A DNA stretch of 64,000 nucleotides from Candidatus Moraniibacteriota bacterium (GCA_018061645.1 JAGOTT010000001.1:65090-129089); one strand, 5' to 3'; positions 55,620 to 64,000 are shown, numbered from the stretch's first letter. The notes: generated from the sequence alone by a model not told the origin. Numbers and translations: made by a program.

Positions 55620-56255
55620 TCAGGGTAATTCGACGGTTTTTCGGATCTCGTCGGCAATGACTTCTTTCGGCCCATCCGCGTCGATGACGACCATGTTCCA
55701 GTCGGAGACCATTTTCTTGAAGAGATCTGTTTTGGCATGGAGATATTCCTCGCCCTGCTCCGGGGCGCGCTCGCGGCCCATGATGACTCCCGGGTCGATG
55801 TCGAAATATAAGGCGATATCAGAAACAGGTAACAAATAGCAGATAACAGATAGCAAAAGACCCCGTTTCCTGTTTCCTGTTGACTGTTCACCGTTGGCTG
55901 ATCGGAGGTATTCGATATTGATAATCGAGTCGTAGAACGAACGGTCGGAAAGCAGATAGTCGAAATGCTCTTTCCTGAGTTTGCGGAGGAGAAGTCGGAA
56001 GCGGAGAAAATCGAGGAAGAGAAATTTCTCCCGCAGGACTATAGAACACCAGGAAGCCTTCGTGACAGCCTTTTCTTTCCCGGGTTCGAATTTTTGTACT
56101 CCTCTGAAAAGCCGCGCGATCCGGTTCGCGTACGAAAACTCGACCGCGTTGAATACGGCGACTTTCTTATCTCTGCCTTCAAGGTATTCTTTGAGGAGCG
56201 CGAGCTGGGTGCTCTTGCCGCTCCCATCCACACCGGAAAGAGTGATATATCTCAT
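55620..56255 (-). CDS. tmk: Thymidylate kinase with in-frame family-2 palindromic insertion
   Basis: MRYITLSGVDGSGKSTQ P-loop, SDRSFYDS, LYFDIDPGV; ~25 aa insert NGEQSTGNRKRGLLLSVICYLLPVSD encoded by repeat 55820-55895. Confidence 0.65.
   Translation of the reverse strand: MRYITLSGVDGSGKSTQLALLKEYLEGRDKKVAVFNAVEFSYANRIARLFRGVQKFEPGKEKAVTKASWCSIVLREKFLFLDFLRFRLLLRKLRKEHFDYLLSDRSFYDSIINIEYLRSANGEQSTGNRKRGLLLSVICYLLPVSDIALYFDIDPGVIMGRERAPEQGEEYLHAKTDLFKKMVSDWNMVVIDADGPKEVIADEIRKTVELP
55820..55895. repeat. Family-2 palindromic repeat inside tmk
   Basis: gaaacaggtaacaaatagcagataacag...ccccgtttcctgtttcctgttgactgttcaccgtt; arms gaaacagg/cctgtttc. Confidence 0.65.
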
Positions 56256-56293
56256 ATGCGCAGGGTAGCAAAAAGTGCTAGTATAAGCAATGT

Positions 56294-57802
56294 ATGGGAT
56301 TTCAAAAACTCTCAAAATACGCGTTTTTCTCCTTTCTCTTCCTCCTCCCGTTTCAGACGGTGCTTTTGCTGCGCGAGCCGATTATGGCCGGGGAGAAGTG
56401 GCAGTACGGAACGATCGGATTGTATGGAACGGATATTTTGTTGTTAGCAGCGCTTGTCTTTCATTTGTCATCCCGAGCGCAGTCGAGGGATCTTCATATG
56501 AAATGGCGGATTCCTCGATTCGCGGACTCGCTCGGAATGACAGAAGGGATACTCATCCTCTTCCTTTTGTGGGTGGGAGCGTCTGTCTTCTGGGCGACCG
56601 ATACGGTGCTCGCCGGATATTTTTTTGCGAAGCTGCTTCTCGGAGCGGGGGTGTTCTTCCTTGCGCGGTCACTTGATGATACGGGTGTGGGAATGGCGGT
56701 GAAAGTCCTGCTTGCGGCGGCGGTCATCCAGGTGCTGATCGGGATCGGGCAATTCCTGTATCAGACGGCGCCCGCGTCGACTCTGCTCGGGATGAGTGCG
56801 CATGAAGCGTGGACTGCGGGGACGTCCGTCTTGAAGCTGGAAGAAGGACGCTTCCTCCGCGCGTACGGATCATTCCCACACCCGAATATGCTTGGGGGAT
56901 TCTTGGCAGCGGTTTTCGTATTGGGTATTTCGTATTTGGTATCTGGTATCAAAACCATCTCTGTCATTGCGAGCGTAGCGAAGCAATCCAGGGAGAAGGA
57001 TCTTAGCCAAACACTTTCTGGATTGCCACGGGTTCGAAGACTCACCCTCGCAATGACGGCGGAGTGGGCTGGTGTGCTGATCATCCTCCTTGCTCTCATC
57101 CTCACGTTTTCCCGAGCCGCATGGCTCGGTGTAGCGATGGGAATCGTCGCGTATTGCGTATTTCGTATCCTGTATCCCTCCCATCAGACAAAATCAAAAT
57201 GTATCATAATTCCACGGCCGTGGAATTATGATACATTTTTCAAGACGATGTTCGTTCTGGGGATAGCGACGGCGGTGTTCGTGTTCGTGCTCCGTGACCA
57301 GGTGTTTCCGCGGTTCGACACGGCGGCAATCGAACGGGAAGGGTCGGTGTCGGAGCGGGTCGTGTCGCTTCGGGACGCGAAGACACTCATTGTAGAACAT
57401 CCGATCATCGGGGTCGGCGCGGGCAGCTTCACGAAAGCGATCATGGAAAACGAGCCGGATCGTCCGGTGTGGAGCGTCCAGCCGGCGCATGATGTCTTCG
57501 TTCTTGTCTGGGCGGAGCTGGGAGTGGTTGGAGCTGTGCTGTTCGTGGTGTTTTTTCTTTCTGTCATCGCGAGCGTAGCGTGGCGATCCAGAAATCAGGA
57601 AAAGAGTCTGGATTGCCACGGAGGCGAAACGCCTCCTCGCAATGACAGGGGAGTGGGTTTGGTGTTGGGAAATCAATCCATCATCTTTGCGATAGCATTT
57701 CTTACGCTTCTCCCGGGTCTCCTCCTCGACCATTGGCTCTGGTCGTCGCACTTCGGGTTATTGTTTTTCTTCCTACTGGCAGGATTTTCGAACAGAAAAT
57801 GA
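56294..57802 (+). CDS. O-antigen ligase/polymerase family (Wzy_C-like) membrane protein with three in-frame palindromic insertions
   Basis: 502 aa; LTFSRAAWLGVAMGIVAY motif; repeats at 56466-56542, 56962-57057, 57562-57647 keep frame. Confidence 0.65.
   Translation: MGFQKLSKYAFFSFLFLLPFQTVLLLREPIMAGEKWQYGTIGLYGTDILLLAALVFHLSSRAQSRDLHMKWRIPRFADSLGMTEGILILFLLWVGASVFWATDTVLAGYFFAKLLLGAGVFFLARSLDDTGVGMAVKVLLAAAVIQVLIGIGQFLYQTAPASTLLGMSAHEAWTAGTSVLKLEEGRFLRAYGSFPHPNMLGGFLAAVFVLGISYLVSGIKTISVIASVAKQSREKDLSQTLSGLPRVRRLTLAMTAEWAGVLIILLALILTFSRAAWLGVAMGIVAYCVFRILYPSHQTKSKCIIIPRPWNYDTFFKTMFVLGIATAVFVFVLRDQVFPRFDTAAIEREGSVSERVVSLRDAKTLIVEHPIIGVGAGSFTKAIMENEPDRPVWSVQPAHDVFVLVWAELGVVGAVLFVVFFLSVIASVAWRSRNQEKSLDCHGGETPPRNDRGVGLVLGNQSIIFAIAFLTLLPGLLLDHWLWSSHFGLLFFFLLAGFSNRK
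56466..56542. repeat. Family-1 palindromic element in O-antigen-ligase-like gene
   Basis: tgtcatcccgagcgcagtcgagggatc ... ggattcctcgattcgcggactcgctcggaatgaca. Confidence 0.8.
56962..57057. repeat. Family-1 palindromic element in O-antigen-ligase-like gene
   Basis: tgtcattgcgagcgtagcgaagcaatccag ... ctggattgccacgggttcgaagactcaccctcgcaatgac. Confidence 0.85.
57562..57647. repeat. Family-1 palindromic element in O-antigen-ligase-like gene
   Basis: tgtcatcgcgagcgtagcgtggcgatccag ... ctggattgccacggaggcgaaacgcctcctcgcaatgaca. Confidence 0.85.
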
Positions 57803-57920
57803 AACCGCTTCGGTCGATAATGACGAAGCGGTCTTTTTTTTGTCTCGATCGATGATACGAAAAGCGGGATTCTTCGCTTCCCTCCAAAGGCGGGCAGGCG
57901 CTCAGAATGACATGCAGGAG

Positions 57921-59420
57921 CTAATACATGATCACCGAGACGGGTTGCATCTTGGCTACGGGTTTGACGATGCCGTTTTCCTTGACGGAGGCGATGACAT
58001 CCGCGGCCTGCTTGTAGTGCGAGGAGTCCTGTTCGATGACTTTCGAGGAGCGACCGTTGTAGAGGGTGACGCCCTTAGCCGCGAGTTTCGCATCGAGTTC
58101 GGATTTGTTTTCGGGGACGACGGAATCCGTCTTTTCCTTCGATTTGCCGGCGCCGTGGTTGCAGGAATAGAAACTCGATTCGTTTCCATCCTGACCGACG
58201 CAGAGATAGGCTTCCGTCGACATGGAGGTCGGAATGAACGCCGGCTCGCCGGTTTCCTTGAATACCGGGTGGTCGTGCATACGCGACGGGCCGTAGGCAC
58301 GGCTGGTGCCGTTGCGGTGGATCCAGAGGGATTTTCCGAAGTGATCCTCTCGGGAGACGAGGATGTGCGGCATGTCGTAGAGGAGTTCCATTTCCGGATC
58401 GCGACCAAGCGTCTCTTCGATCGTGCGGGCGATGTTGTGCGCGATGACGGCGCGGTTCGCGTGGGCGAAGTTGGAACAGGCGTTGCGTGCCGCCATGTAG
58501 AGATCGGCTTCCTCGCCCGTGAATTCGATGAGTGGTTCCTTCTTTCCGAAGTCGGACTCCCGGATCTTGCGTGCGATACGGCCGACGATCGCCCGATACG
58601 GCGTGCGCCAGAAGAACCGGCCGATGTTCATGAGGATGGCGGTCGATTTATGCTCGCGTTTCTTCGCGGTGTACATGTACATGGTGTACTGGCCGAGGAT
58701 TCCCGAACCACAGTGGATCATGAACAGATACTGGCCTTTCTTTACGCCGAGCTTTTCCGCGAGGATGGGATCCTCGATGTCGGTCACCTTCATGAGATCG
58801 AGGAAGTGGTTGCCTGCGGCTCCGAGGATGCCCGAGCGGAACTGGGCGAAGAAGAGGAAGAGCGAGGGGATGATGTCCTTTATGTATCGCGACGATTTCT
58901 CTTCGCCGAAGAAGTTGCCGCGGTCGAGGGAATTTTCGCTCTCGAACTTTGTCTTGATGCCAAGATATTTGACGAGCGGCGTGATACCAAGGCGTGCGAT
59001 GTCCACGATGACACGGAAGGGGAGGTAGGTGCCGAGGTAGGCCTTCGTCGGGACGCGAGGGACAAGCGCCTGAAAGAGTTTTTCCAGTTCTTCCGGTGTG
59101 GTGTTCTCGTCGGTGAGATTGGTCCGGACGAGACGCATGCCGCACGCCGGGTCGGAGTCGTTCAATTGCGGAAGAATGGCGGTTTCGGAGACGACGGTGG
59201 TGCCGGTCGCGTTCTTGCGCCCGGGCTTGCTGTGTACGTCCGCCATCGCGGCGACATGGCAGGAGACGCAATGGTTCGATGCGACGCTTTCGAGCTGTGC
59301 CAGGGTCGATGCTTCCGGCATGAGTCCGTCCTGCACGTGAAAAACGACCGGAACCTTCATTTTTTCCGTCTTCATCTCCCGTTTGTAGGGAGTGATTTCC
59401 CTGATATCCGATGGATTCAT
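57921..59420 (-). CDS. rtcB: RtcB-family RNA ligase-like protein
   Basis: 499 aa; MADVHSKPG (D-x-H), IHCGSGILGQ (HSGSRGLG-like), CNHGAGKS (HGAGR-like), ANRAVIAHN; antisense 533-aa ORF rejected. Confidence 0.6.
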   Translation of the reverse strand: MNPSDIREITPYKREMKTEKMKVPVVFHVQDGLMPEASTLAQLESVASNHCVSCHVAAMADVHSKPGRKNATGTTVVSETAILPQLNDSDPACGMRLVRTNLTDENTTPEELEKLFQALVPRVPTKAYLGTYLPFRVIVDIARLGITPLVKYLGIKTKFESENSLDRGNFFGEEKSSRYIKDIIPSLFLFFAQFRSGILGAAGNHFLDLMKVTDIEDPILAEKLGVKKGQYLFMIHCGSGILGQYTMYMYTAKKREHKSTAILMNIGRFFWRTPYRAIVGRIARKIRESDFGKKEPLIEFTGEEADLYMAARNACSNFAHANRAVIAHNIARTIEETLGRDPEMELLYDMPHILVSREDHFGKSLWIHRNGTSRAYGPSRMHDHPVFKETGEPAFIPTSMSTEAYLCVGQDGNESSFYSCNHGAGKSKEKTDSVVPENKSELDAKLAAKGVTLYNGRSSKVIEQDSSHYKQAADVIASVKENGIVKPVAKMQPVSVIMY

Positions 59421-59494
59421 AGCGACTTTTTCATGTTTTAACTTCGGGACATGCTAACACGGAAACCGGATTCCGGGAAGGGTCATGTGTCGAT

Positions 59495-60475
59495 TCAGTC
59501 GTGGTGATGCGCTTTCGGATGGTATTCGAGTGTCTCTTCCGGAATGCCGAACTTCACGGAAATCCGACTCTTGTATTCGCCGAGGTCCGGACCCATGAAG
59601 ACGATTCGGTTGTCGCCGGAAAACGATCCTATCGGCTGCAGGTCGAAGTCGCCGTAGGCATAATTTATGACGAACGAATCGTCCTCGGAGCGGATAACGC
59701 CTTTGATGCGGAAAAAATCCTCCTTCGGGAACGATTCGAGGATTTCCGTCACCGTCTCTTTCGAGTAAGTCTTTTCCGTGTGGAGTTCGATCAGGTCCAC
59801 TTCGCCGGCCTGATGGTCGGCGGGGACAAGGTCCTCCTGTTCGGTGATGCTCGCTTCGGTAGAGAAGAGCGTTGTTTCGATACCGAAGATCACCTCGGCG
59901 TCGACATGCCCCTGATCGGTCCGTATCTTCGGTGTGTCCGGGTTGAGTTCGAAGACATCGTCGAGGACAAAATCGAGCTTCCGCTCGTCGAGCGTCTCGT
60001 GCTTGTTGATGAGGATGATATCGTTGTACTGCGCCTGGATCTTGGCAGTATAGCTCGTGTCCCGGTATCCGGGGAAGTTGAGTGCGTCGATCACGGTGAT
60101 GACACCATCCATGACCAGATTCTTGTGGCGGCGCACTTCCCAGACGATCGGAGCCGGGGCGGCGGATCCGGAGGTCTCGATGATGATGCGATCAGGGGAG
60201 GATGCGGCGAGTTCCTGGAGCGCCGTGCCGAGTTCGCCGATGAGCACGTGGCAGACACAGCCATTGAGCATTTCCTTGACCATGGACACACCACCCGACT
60301 TCGCGAGTTCCGAATCGACGGCGATCGTGCCGATCTCGTTCTTGAGCCAGGCGATGCGGTATCCTTCGGGGGAGTTTTTGATCAGATCGAGAATGATCGT
60401 TGTTTTACCTGCGCCGAGGAAACCGGTGAAGACCGTGACGGGAATCGGTGGCTTCGTCGCCTGTTCGTCTGTCAT
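59495..60475 (-). CDS. COG0523/CobW-family GTPase (zinc metallochaperone, ZigA/ZNG1-like)
   Basis: VTVFTGFLGAGKTT P-loop, GCVCHVLIGE (CxCC-type), His-rich C-terminus HPKAHHHD; divergent from zur. Confidence 0.85.
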   Translation of the reverse strand: MTDEQATKPPIPVTVFTGFLGAGKTTIILDLIKNSPEGYRIAWLKNEIGTIAVDSELAKSGGVSMVKEMLNGCVCHVLIGELGTALQELAASSPDRIIIETSGSAAPAPIVWEVRRHKNLVMDGVITVIDALNFPGYRDTSYTAKIQAQYNDIILINKHETLDERKLDFVLDDVFELNPDTPKIRTDQGHVDAEVIFGIETTLFSTEASITEQEDLVPADHQAGEVDLIELHTEKTYSKETVTEILESFPKEDFFRIKGVIRSEDDSFVINYAYGDFDLQPIGSFSGDNRIVFMGPDLGEYKSRISVKFGIPEETLEYHPKAHHHD

Positions 60476-60528
60476 AGGGGAGCGCATTCGCAGCTTATAG
60501 CTCCAGTATAGCACCTCTCTTGACAAGC

Positions 60529-60560
60529 GCAACTGAGTTGCATATTATGTCGATATAACA
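60529..60560. promoter_or_regulatory. Candidate Zur operator(s) in divergent COG0523/zur promoter region
   Basis: perfect 13-bp palindrome gcaactgagttgc (60529-60541) and AT-rich near-palindrome tattatgtcgatataaca (60543-60560) just upstream of zur ATG. Confidence 0.35.
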
Positions 60561-60576
60561 CGGCAAGGATACGGAT

Positions 60577-60999
60577 ATGAAGGAATGCATATCGGTACTC
60601 GGGGAACTTTCATCGCGCGGTGTCCGTATGACGCGGACGCGGGAAGCGATTCTTTCACTGTTTTCCGAAGCGGGTGCGCCGCTCTCCGTCCCGCGGATCC
60701 TCGAGTCGCTCGAGGAGACGGGGAGGCGCCCGAACAAGACGACGGTGTACCGTGAGCTCGAATTCCTGAAGGGATTGGGAATCGTGAAGGAGCTCACGCT
60801 CCGCAATGATCTCGCGCTCTACGAGCTTTCCGGGCCGCACCATCACCACCTTGTGTGTGTGGATTGCGGTACGGTACGGGACATCGCGGTTTCAGATGAG
60901 TCGCTTCTCCGTGAGGAGCGGCGGATCGAGCGGAAGGAAGGGTTCCGGGTCCTCGAGCATTCGCTCGAGTTTTTCGGGATCTGCGGAAACTGCCGATAA
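60577..60999 (+). CDS. zur: Fur-family zinc uptake regulator
   Basis: 140 aa; RMTRTREAIL, HHHHLVCVDCG, CGNC motifs. Confidence 0.85.
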   Translation: MKECISVLGELSSRGVRMTRTREAILSLFSEAGAPLSVPRILESLEETGRRPNKTTVYRELEFLKGLGIVKELTLRNDLALYELSGPHHHHLVCVDCGTVRDIAVSDESLLREERRIERKEGFRVLEHSLEFFGICGNCR

Positions 61000-61011
61000 A
61001 TCGAATGAAGA

Positions 61012-62049
61012 ATGAAAAATATGAAACGGATGAATGCGAGGATTATATTGGGAGCGGCGGTGATCGTCGCGGTGATACTTTTTTGGAACGCATGGACGGA
61101 TGTTCCGGAGAACGGATTCACTGATGAAAAAAATCTTCGGGTCGTAGCGACATTCTATCCGCTTGCGGAATTTTCCCGGATGGTCGGCGGTGATCTGGCC
61201 GATGTTTCCGTTGTCGTTTCTCCGGGGGTCGAGCCGCATGATTATGAGCCGACGCCACGTGATCTCGTTTCAATCGAGAATGCCGATGTGTTCGTTCTGA
61301 ACGGAGCGGAGATGGATCCGTGGGCGGAGAAACTCGTGCCGGCACTAAGGGAGAAGGGAGTCTCGGTAGTGATCGCGGCGGAGTCGGTGACGCTTCTTGC
61401 GGCGGAGGAGCATGATGAGCATCACGAGGAGGGAAACGGCGGACATGATGCCGACGAAGCGGATAGCGAGCACGATGCGCATGAGGAAGAAGCACACGAG
61501 GAAAAGCATGAACACGGCGCGTACGATCCGCACTTCTGGCTTGATCCGATATATGCCGAAAGCATCGTCGGCTCAATTCGCATGGCTCTGGTCGAAAAGG
61601 ATGCCGACAATGCCAGGACATACGAAGCGAACGCGGCTGCCGCCCTTTCGGAACTCGCGACGCTTGATGGTGAATATCGGACCATCCTGTCGACCTGCGC
61701 GCGTGACGAAGTGATCACTTCGCACAATGCTTTCGCCTACCTTGCCGGTCGGTACGGGTTCGGAGCACATTCGATCGCGGGGCTTTCCCCGGAGGCGGAA
61801 CCGTCCGCGGGTCGGATCGCGGAACTCGTGGACCTCGCGAAAAAGGAGAATATACGGTATATTTTCTTCGAGACGCTCGTATCACCGAAGGTTTCGGAGA
61901 CGCTTGCCCGCGAAATCGGTGCCGAGACGCTCGTCTTCGATCCGCTTGAGGGACTTTCGGCGGAGGATGCTGCTGCCGGGAAGAATTATTTTTCGGTCAT
62001 GCGGGAAAATCTTGCGAATCTTTCGATGGCGCTTGAATGCCGTCAGTGA
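61012..62049 (+). CDS. znuA: Zinc ABC transporter substrate-binding protein
   Basis: VVATFYPLAEF, His/Asp/Glu-rich loop EEHDEHHEEGNGGHDADEADSEHDAHEEEAHEEKHEHG, HFWLDP. Confidence 0.85.
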   Translation: MKNMKRMNARIILGAAVIVAVILFWNAWTDVPENGFTDEKNLRVVATFYPLAEFSRMVGGDLADVSVVVSPGVEPHDYEPTPRDLVSIENADVFVLNGAEMDPWAEKLVPALREKGVSVVIAAESVTLLAAEEHDEHHEEGNGGHDADEADSEHDAHEEEAHEEKHEHGAYDPHFWLDPIYAESIVGSIRMALVEKDADNARTYEANAAAALSELATLDGEYRTILSTCARDEVITSHNAFAYLAGRYGFGAHSIAGLSPEAEPSAGRIAELVDLAKKENIRYIFFETLVSPKVSETLAREIGAETLVFDPLEGLSAEDAAAGKNYFSVMRENLANLSMALECRQ

Positions 62050-62084
62050 GTTCATGAAGCTTGTAAAGTCGATAAAGAAAGAAT

Positions 62085-62804
62085 GTGTCTGAAATGAACG
62101 AGCCAGCGATACTGTTCGAGGGGGTCAGATTCGGTTACGAGGGGAGCTCGGAGCCGATTTTCAAGAATCTCTCCCTTGCGATCGAGGAGGGCGGATATAC
62201 CGGAATCGTCGGCGGGAACGGTTCCGGAAAAACGACGGCGCTTCGGCTTCTGCTCGGTTTGCTGCATCCGTCCGAGGGGAGGATTCATCTGTTCGGGACG
62301 CCGATAGGGGAGTTTTCGACATGGGGGTCGATCGGGTATGTTCCGCAGTATGTCTTCCAGCGGGAGCGGGAATTTCCGGCGACGGTGCGGGAGATCGTTG
62401 AGAGCGGGCACACGACCGGAACCGGTGTCTCCATCTGCCAATTTGGCACGGGGCACTGTCATCCGGTCGACGAGGCGCTTCGGATCGCCGAGATCGATCA
62501 TCTTTCACATCGACTTATCGGTGAACTGTCCGGGGGCGAACGCCAGCGGGTCTTCATCGCGCGCGCCCTCGTTTCGGCTCCGAAACTGCTCGTGCTCGAC
62601 GAGCCGACGGCGAATGTCGATGCCGTGTCGCAGGAGAAATTCTTCGCGTTCCTTTCCTCGCTCAATCGTTCCGGAATGACGATCGTCCTTGTTTCGCATG
62701 ATATCGATACCGTGTTCCGGGAAGCGAAATCGGTCTTCTCCCTTGAGGACGGGATGTTCCGCCGGAGGAAGACCCCTGATATGGTCGAGCGGCATATCCA
62801 CTAG
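62085..62804 (+). CDS. znuC: Zinc ABC transporter ATP-binding protein
   Basis: GIVGGNGSGKTT, LSGGERQRV, LLVLDEPTANVD. Confidence 0.85.
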   Translation: MSEMNEPAILFEGVRFGYEGSSEPIFKNLSLAIEEGGYTGIVGGNGSGKTTALRLLLGLLHPSEGRIHLFGTPIGEFSTWGSIGYVPQYVFQREREFPATVREIVESGHTTGTGVSICQFGTGHCHPVDEALRIAEIDHLSHRLIGELSGGERQRVFIARALVSAPKLLVLDEPTANVDAVSQEKFFAFLSSLNRSGMTIVLVSHDIDTVFREAKSVFSLEDGMFRRRKTPDMVERHIH

Positions 62805-62814
62805 ATTTCTGCAT

Positions 62815-63621
62815 ATGATCCAGGACCTCTTCCAATATGATTTTCTCGCCCGGGCGTTTTCCGCGGGGCTCGTGATCGCCGTCCTCGCTCCGGTGGTCGG
62901 GACGTTTCTTGTCGTGCGGCGACTGTCGTTCCTCGCGGACACGCTCGCGCATGTATCGCTCCTGGGTGTCGCCGGGTCGATCTTTTTCGGGATATCACCA
63001 GCGATCGGAGCGGTCGTCGTGTCGCTTCTTGCGGCGCTCGGTGTCGACCGGATCCGCTCATCCGGGCGGGTCATGACGGAAGCGGTGCTTGCGCTCTTCC
63101 TGTCGGTGTCGCTTGCAGCGGCGGTTGTGATCGTGTCCCTCTCCGGGGTCTCGAACGTGAACCTCATGAGCTATCTCTTCGGGAGTCTCGCGACAGTCTC
63201 CTTTTCGGAGCTTGTGTTCCTTCTTGCATTGGTCGTTTTCGCGCTCGCTTTTTTCCTTCGCTTTTATCGTCCGCTTTTTCTGCTTTCGCTCGACGAGGAT
63301 CTGGCGAAGGTATCCGGGGTCCGGGTCGGAGCCGTGAATGCCGTGTTCGTGTCGTTTACCGCGCTCACCGCCGCGGCATCGCTCCAGATCGTCGGGGTGC
63401 TCCTCCTCGGGGCGCTCATGGTGATCCCGGTGCTTACCGCGCTTCAGTTCGGGAGAGGATTCCGGGTGACGATACTCATCGCCATCGGATGCTCGCTCTT
63501 CGCGTTCCTTGCGGGATTCTTCCTGTCGTATTCCTTCGATCTGCCGTCCGGGGGGACGATAGTGCTCTCCGCCGGAGGATTCTTCCTTCTCGCGTTTCTC
63601 GGACGGAAACTGCTCCGGTAG
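62815..63621 (+). CDS. znuB: Zinc ABC transporter permease
   Basis: start at MIQDLFQYDFLARAF; ~8 TM; FLADTLAHVSLLG motif. Confidence 0.8.
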   Translation: MIQDLFQYDFLARAFSAGLVIAVLAPVVGTFLVVRRLSFLADTLAHVSLLGVAGSIFFGISPAIGAVVVSLLAALGVDRIRSSGRVMTEAVLALFLSVSLAAAVVIVSLSGVSNVNLMSYLFGSLATVSFSELVFLLALVVFALAFFLRFYRPLFLLSLDEDLAKVSGVRVGAVNAVFVSFTALTAAASLQIVGVLLLGALMVIPVLTALQFGRGFRVTILIAIGCSLFAFLAGFFLSYSFDLPSGGTIVLSAGGFFLLAFLGRKLLR

Positions 63622-63643
63622 CGTTTTCTTGAGAGGCGAAATG

Positions 63644-63675
63644 AAAAATCCCCCGAACGGGGGATTTTATTTTTG
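63644..63675. terminator. Bidirectional rho-independent terminator
   Basis: aaaaatcccccgaacgggggattttatttttg between convergent znuB and GT4 fragment. Confidence 0.7.
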
Positions 63676-63692
63676 TCGGCGATAGCGGGATG

Positions 63693-64000
63693 TCAGAGTG
63701 ATTGGTAGAGCCGGCCATATGCTTCGGCGGTCGTCTTGAGATCGAATTTCTTCTCGACGAAGGCGCGGGCGTTTTTGCCGAGCTCCGCACGTCGCGCCGG
63801 GTCCGATTGAAGCGTCGTGACCGCCTTCATGAAATCCTCGTTCGATCCGCGCTTCACGGTGACGGAGATATCCTCGTTCGAGAACTCCTCGAAGGCGGGG
63901 AGGTCGGAGAGGATGACCGGTTTCCCGCAGGCGTAGGCCTCGATGATGACGAGCGGGACGTCGAATTTCCCCTTCATGTCCGTGACGGGGAATGCGATGA
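63693..64000 (-). CDS. Glycosyltransferase family 4, C-terminal part (gene runs off window edge)
   Basis: VIIEAYACGKPVI...AEAYGRLY GT4 C-terminal motifs; ORF open to window end. Confidence 0.7.
   Translation of the reverse strand, partial: IAFPVTDMKGKFDVPLVIIEAYACGKPVILSDLPAFEEFSNEDISVTVKRGSNEDFMKAVTTLQSDPARRAELGKNARAFVEKKFDLKTTAEAYGRLYQSL

Noticed and set aside
57840-59441. 533-aa plus-strand ORF
   Set aside because: It is antisense to the RtcB-like gene. Composition is Gly/Asp/Arg-biased and typical of antisense frames, while the minus strand carries RtcB catalytic motifs.
1-64000. rRNA or tRNA genes
   Set aside because: No stretch with rRNA-like conservation and no tRNA cloverleaf candidates were recognised by eye. 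A tRNAscan/Infernal run would be needed to be certain.

Overview
Overall this is a high-GC (~58-60%) cell-envelope glycosylation supercluster. It is interrupted by several low-GC, apparently acquired segments, and a zinc-uptake locus (COG0523 GTPase, zur, znuACB) closes the window. The source looks like an uncultivated bacterium, possibly Patescibacteria/CPR-like; this is an inference from gene content only.

Gene content of the supercluster:
- Nucleotide-sugar genes: ugd, galE, a UDP-GlcA 4-epimerase-like gene, glf, and an AsnB-type amidotransferase.
- About 10 GT4 glycosyltransferases.
- 3 polyprenol-phosphate GT2 enzymes (DPM1/GtrB/ArnC-like).
- 6-7 polytopic GT-C (PMT/ArnT-like) membrane glycosyltransferases.
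- 2 Wzx-type flippases and an O-antigen-ligase-like protein.
- Accessory genes: YdjC, DUF218, DUF2304 and UPF0104 family proteins.

The low-GC segments are an AbiEi/AbiEii module bounded by 40-bp direct repeats, a GT4-methyltransferase-GT4 cassette, a MazF-like toxin region and a DUF4143 ATPase.

The most unusual features are at the DNA level:
1. A family of ~75-120 bp palindromic repeats (arms tgtcattSYgagcg...aatcc) occurs at least 13 times. Most copies are inserted in frame inside protein-coding genes (GT4s, a GT-C protein, the O-antigen-ligase-like protein), reminiscent of Rickettsia palindromic elements.
2. A second AACAGTTAACAGTCAAC-type repeat family is dispersed across the window. One copy forms an in-frame palindrome inside tmk.
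3. Four paralogous four-helix-bundle (23S rRNA-IVS-protein family) genes each sit between glycosylation genes. Each is flanked by its own private inverted repeat, which suggests IVS-like excisable or mobile cassettes inside operons.

Other points of note are a membrane-anchored Hsp100/Clp ATPase with a degenerate D1 domain and a large secreted beta-helix/lipase protein. No rRNA, tRNA or CRISPR arrays were recognised.
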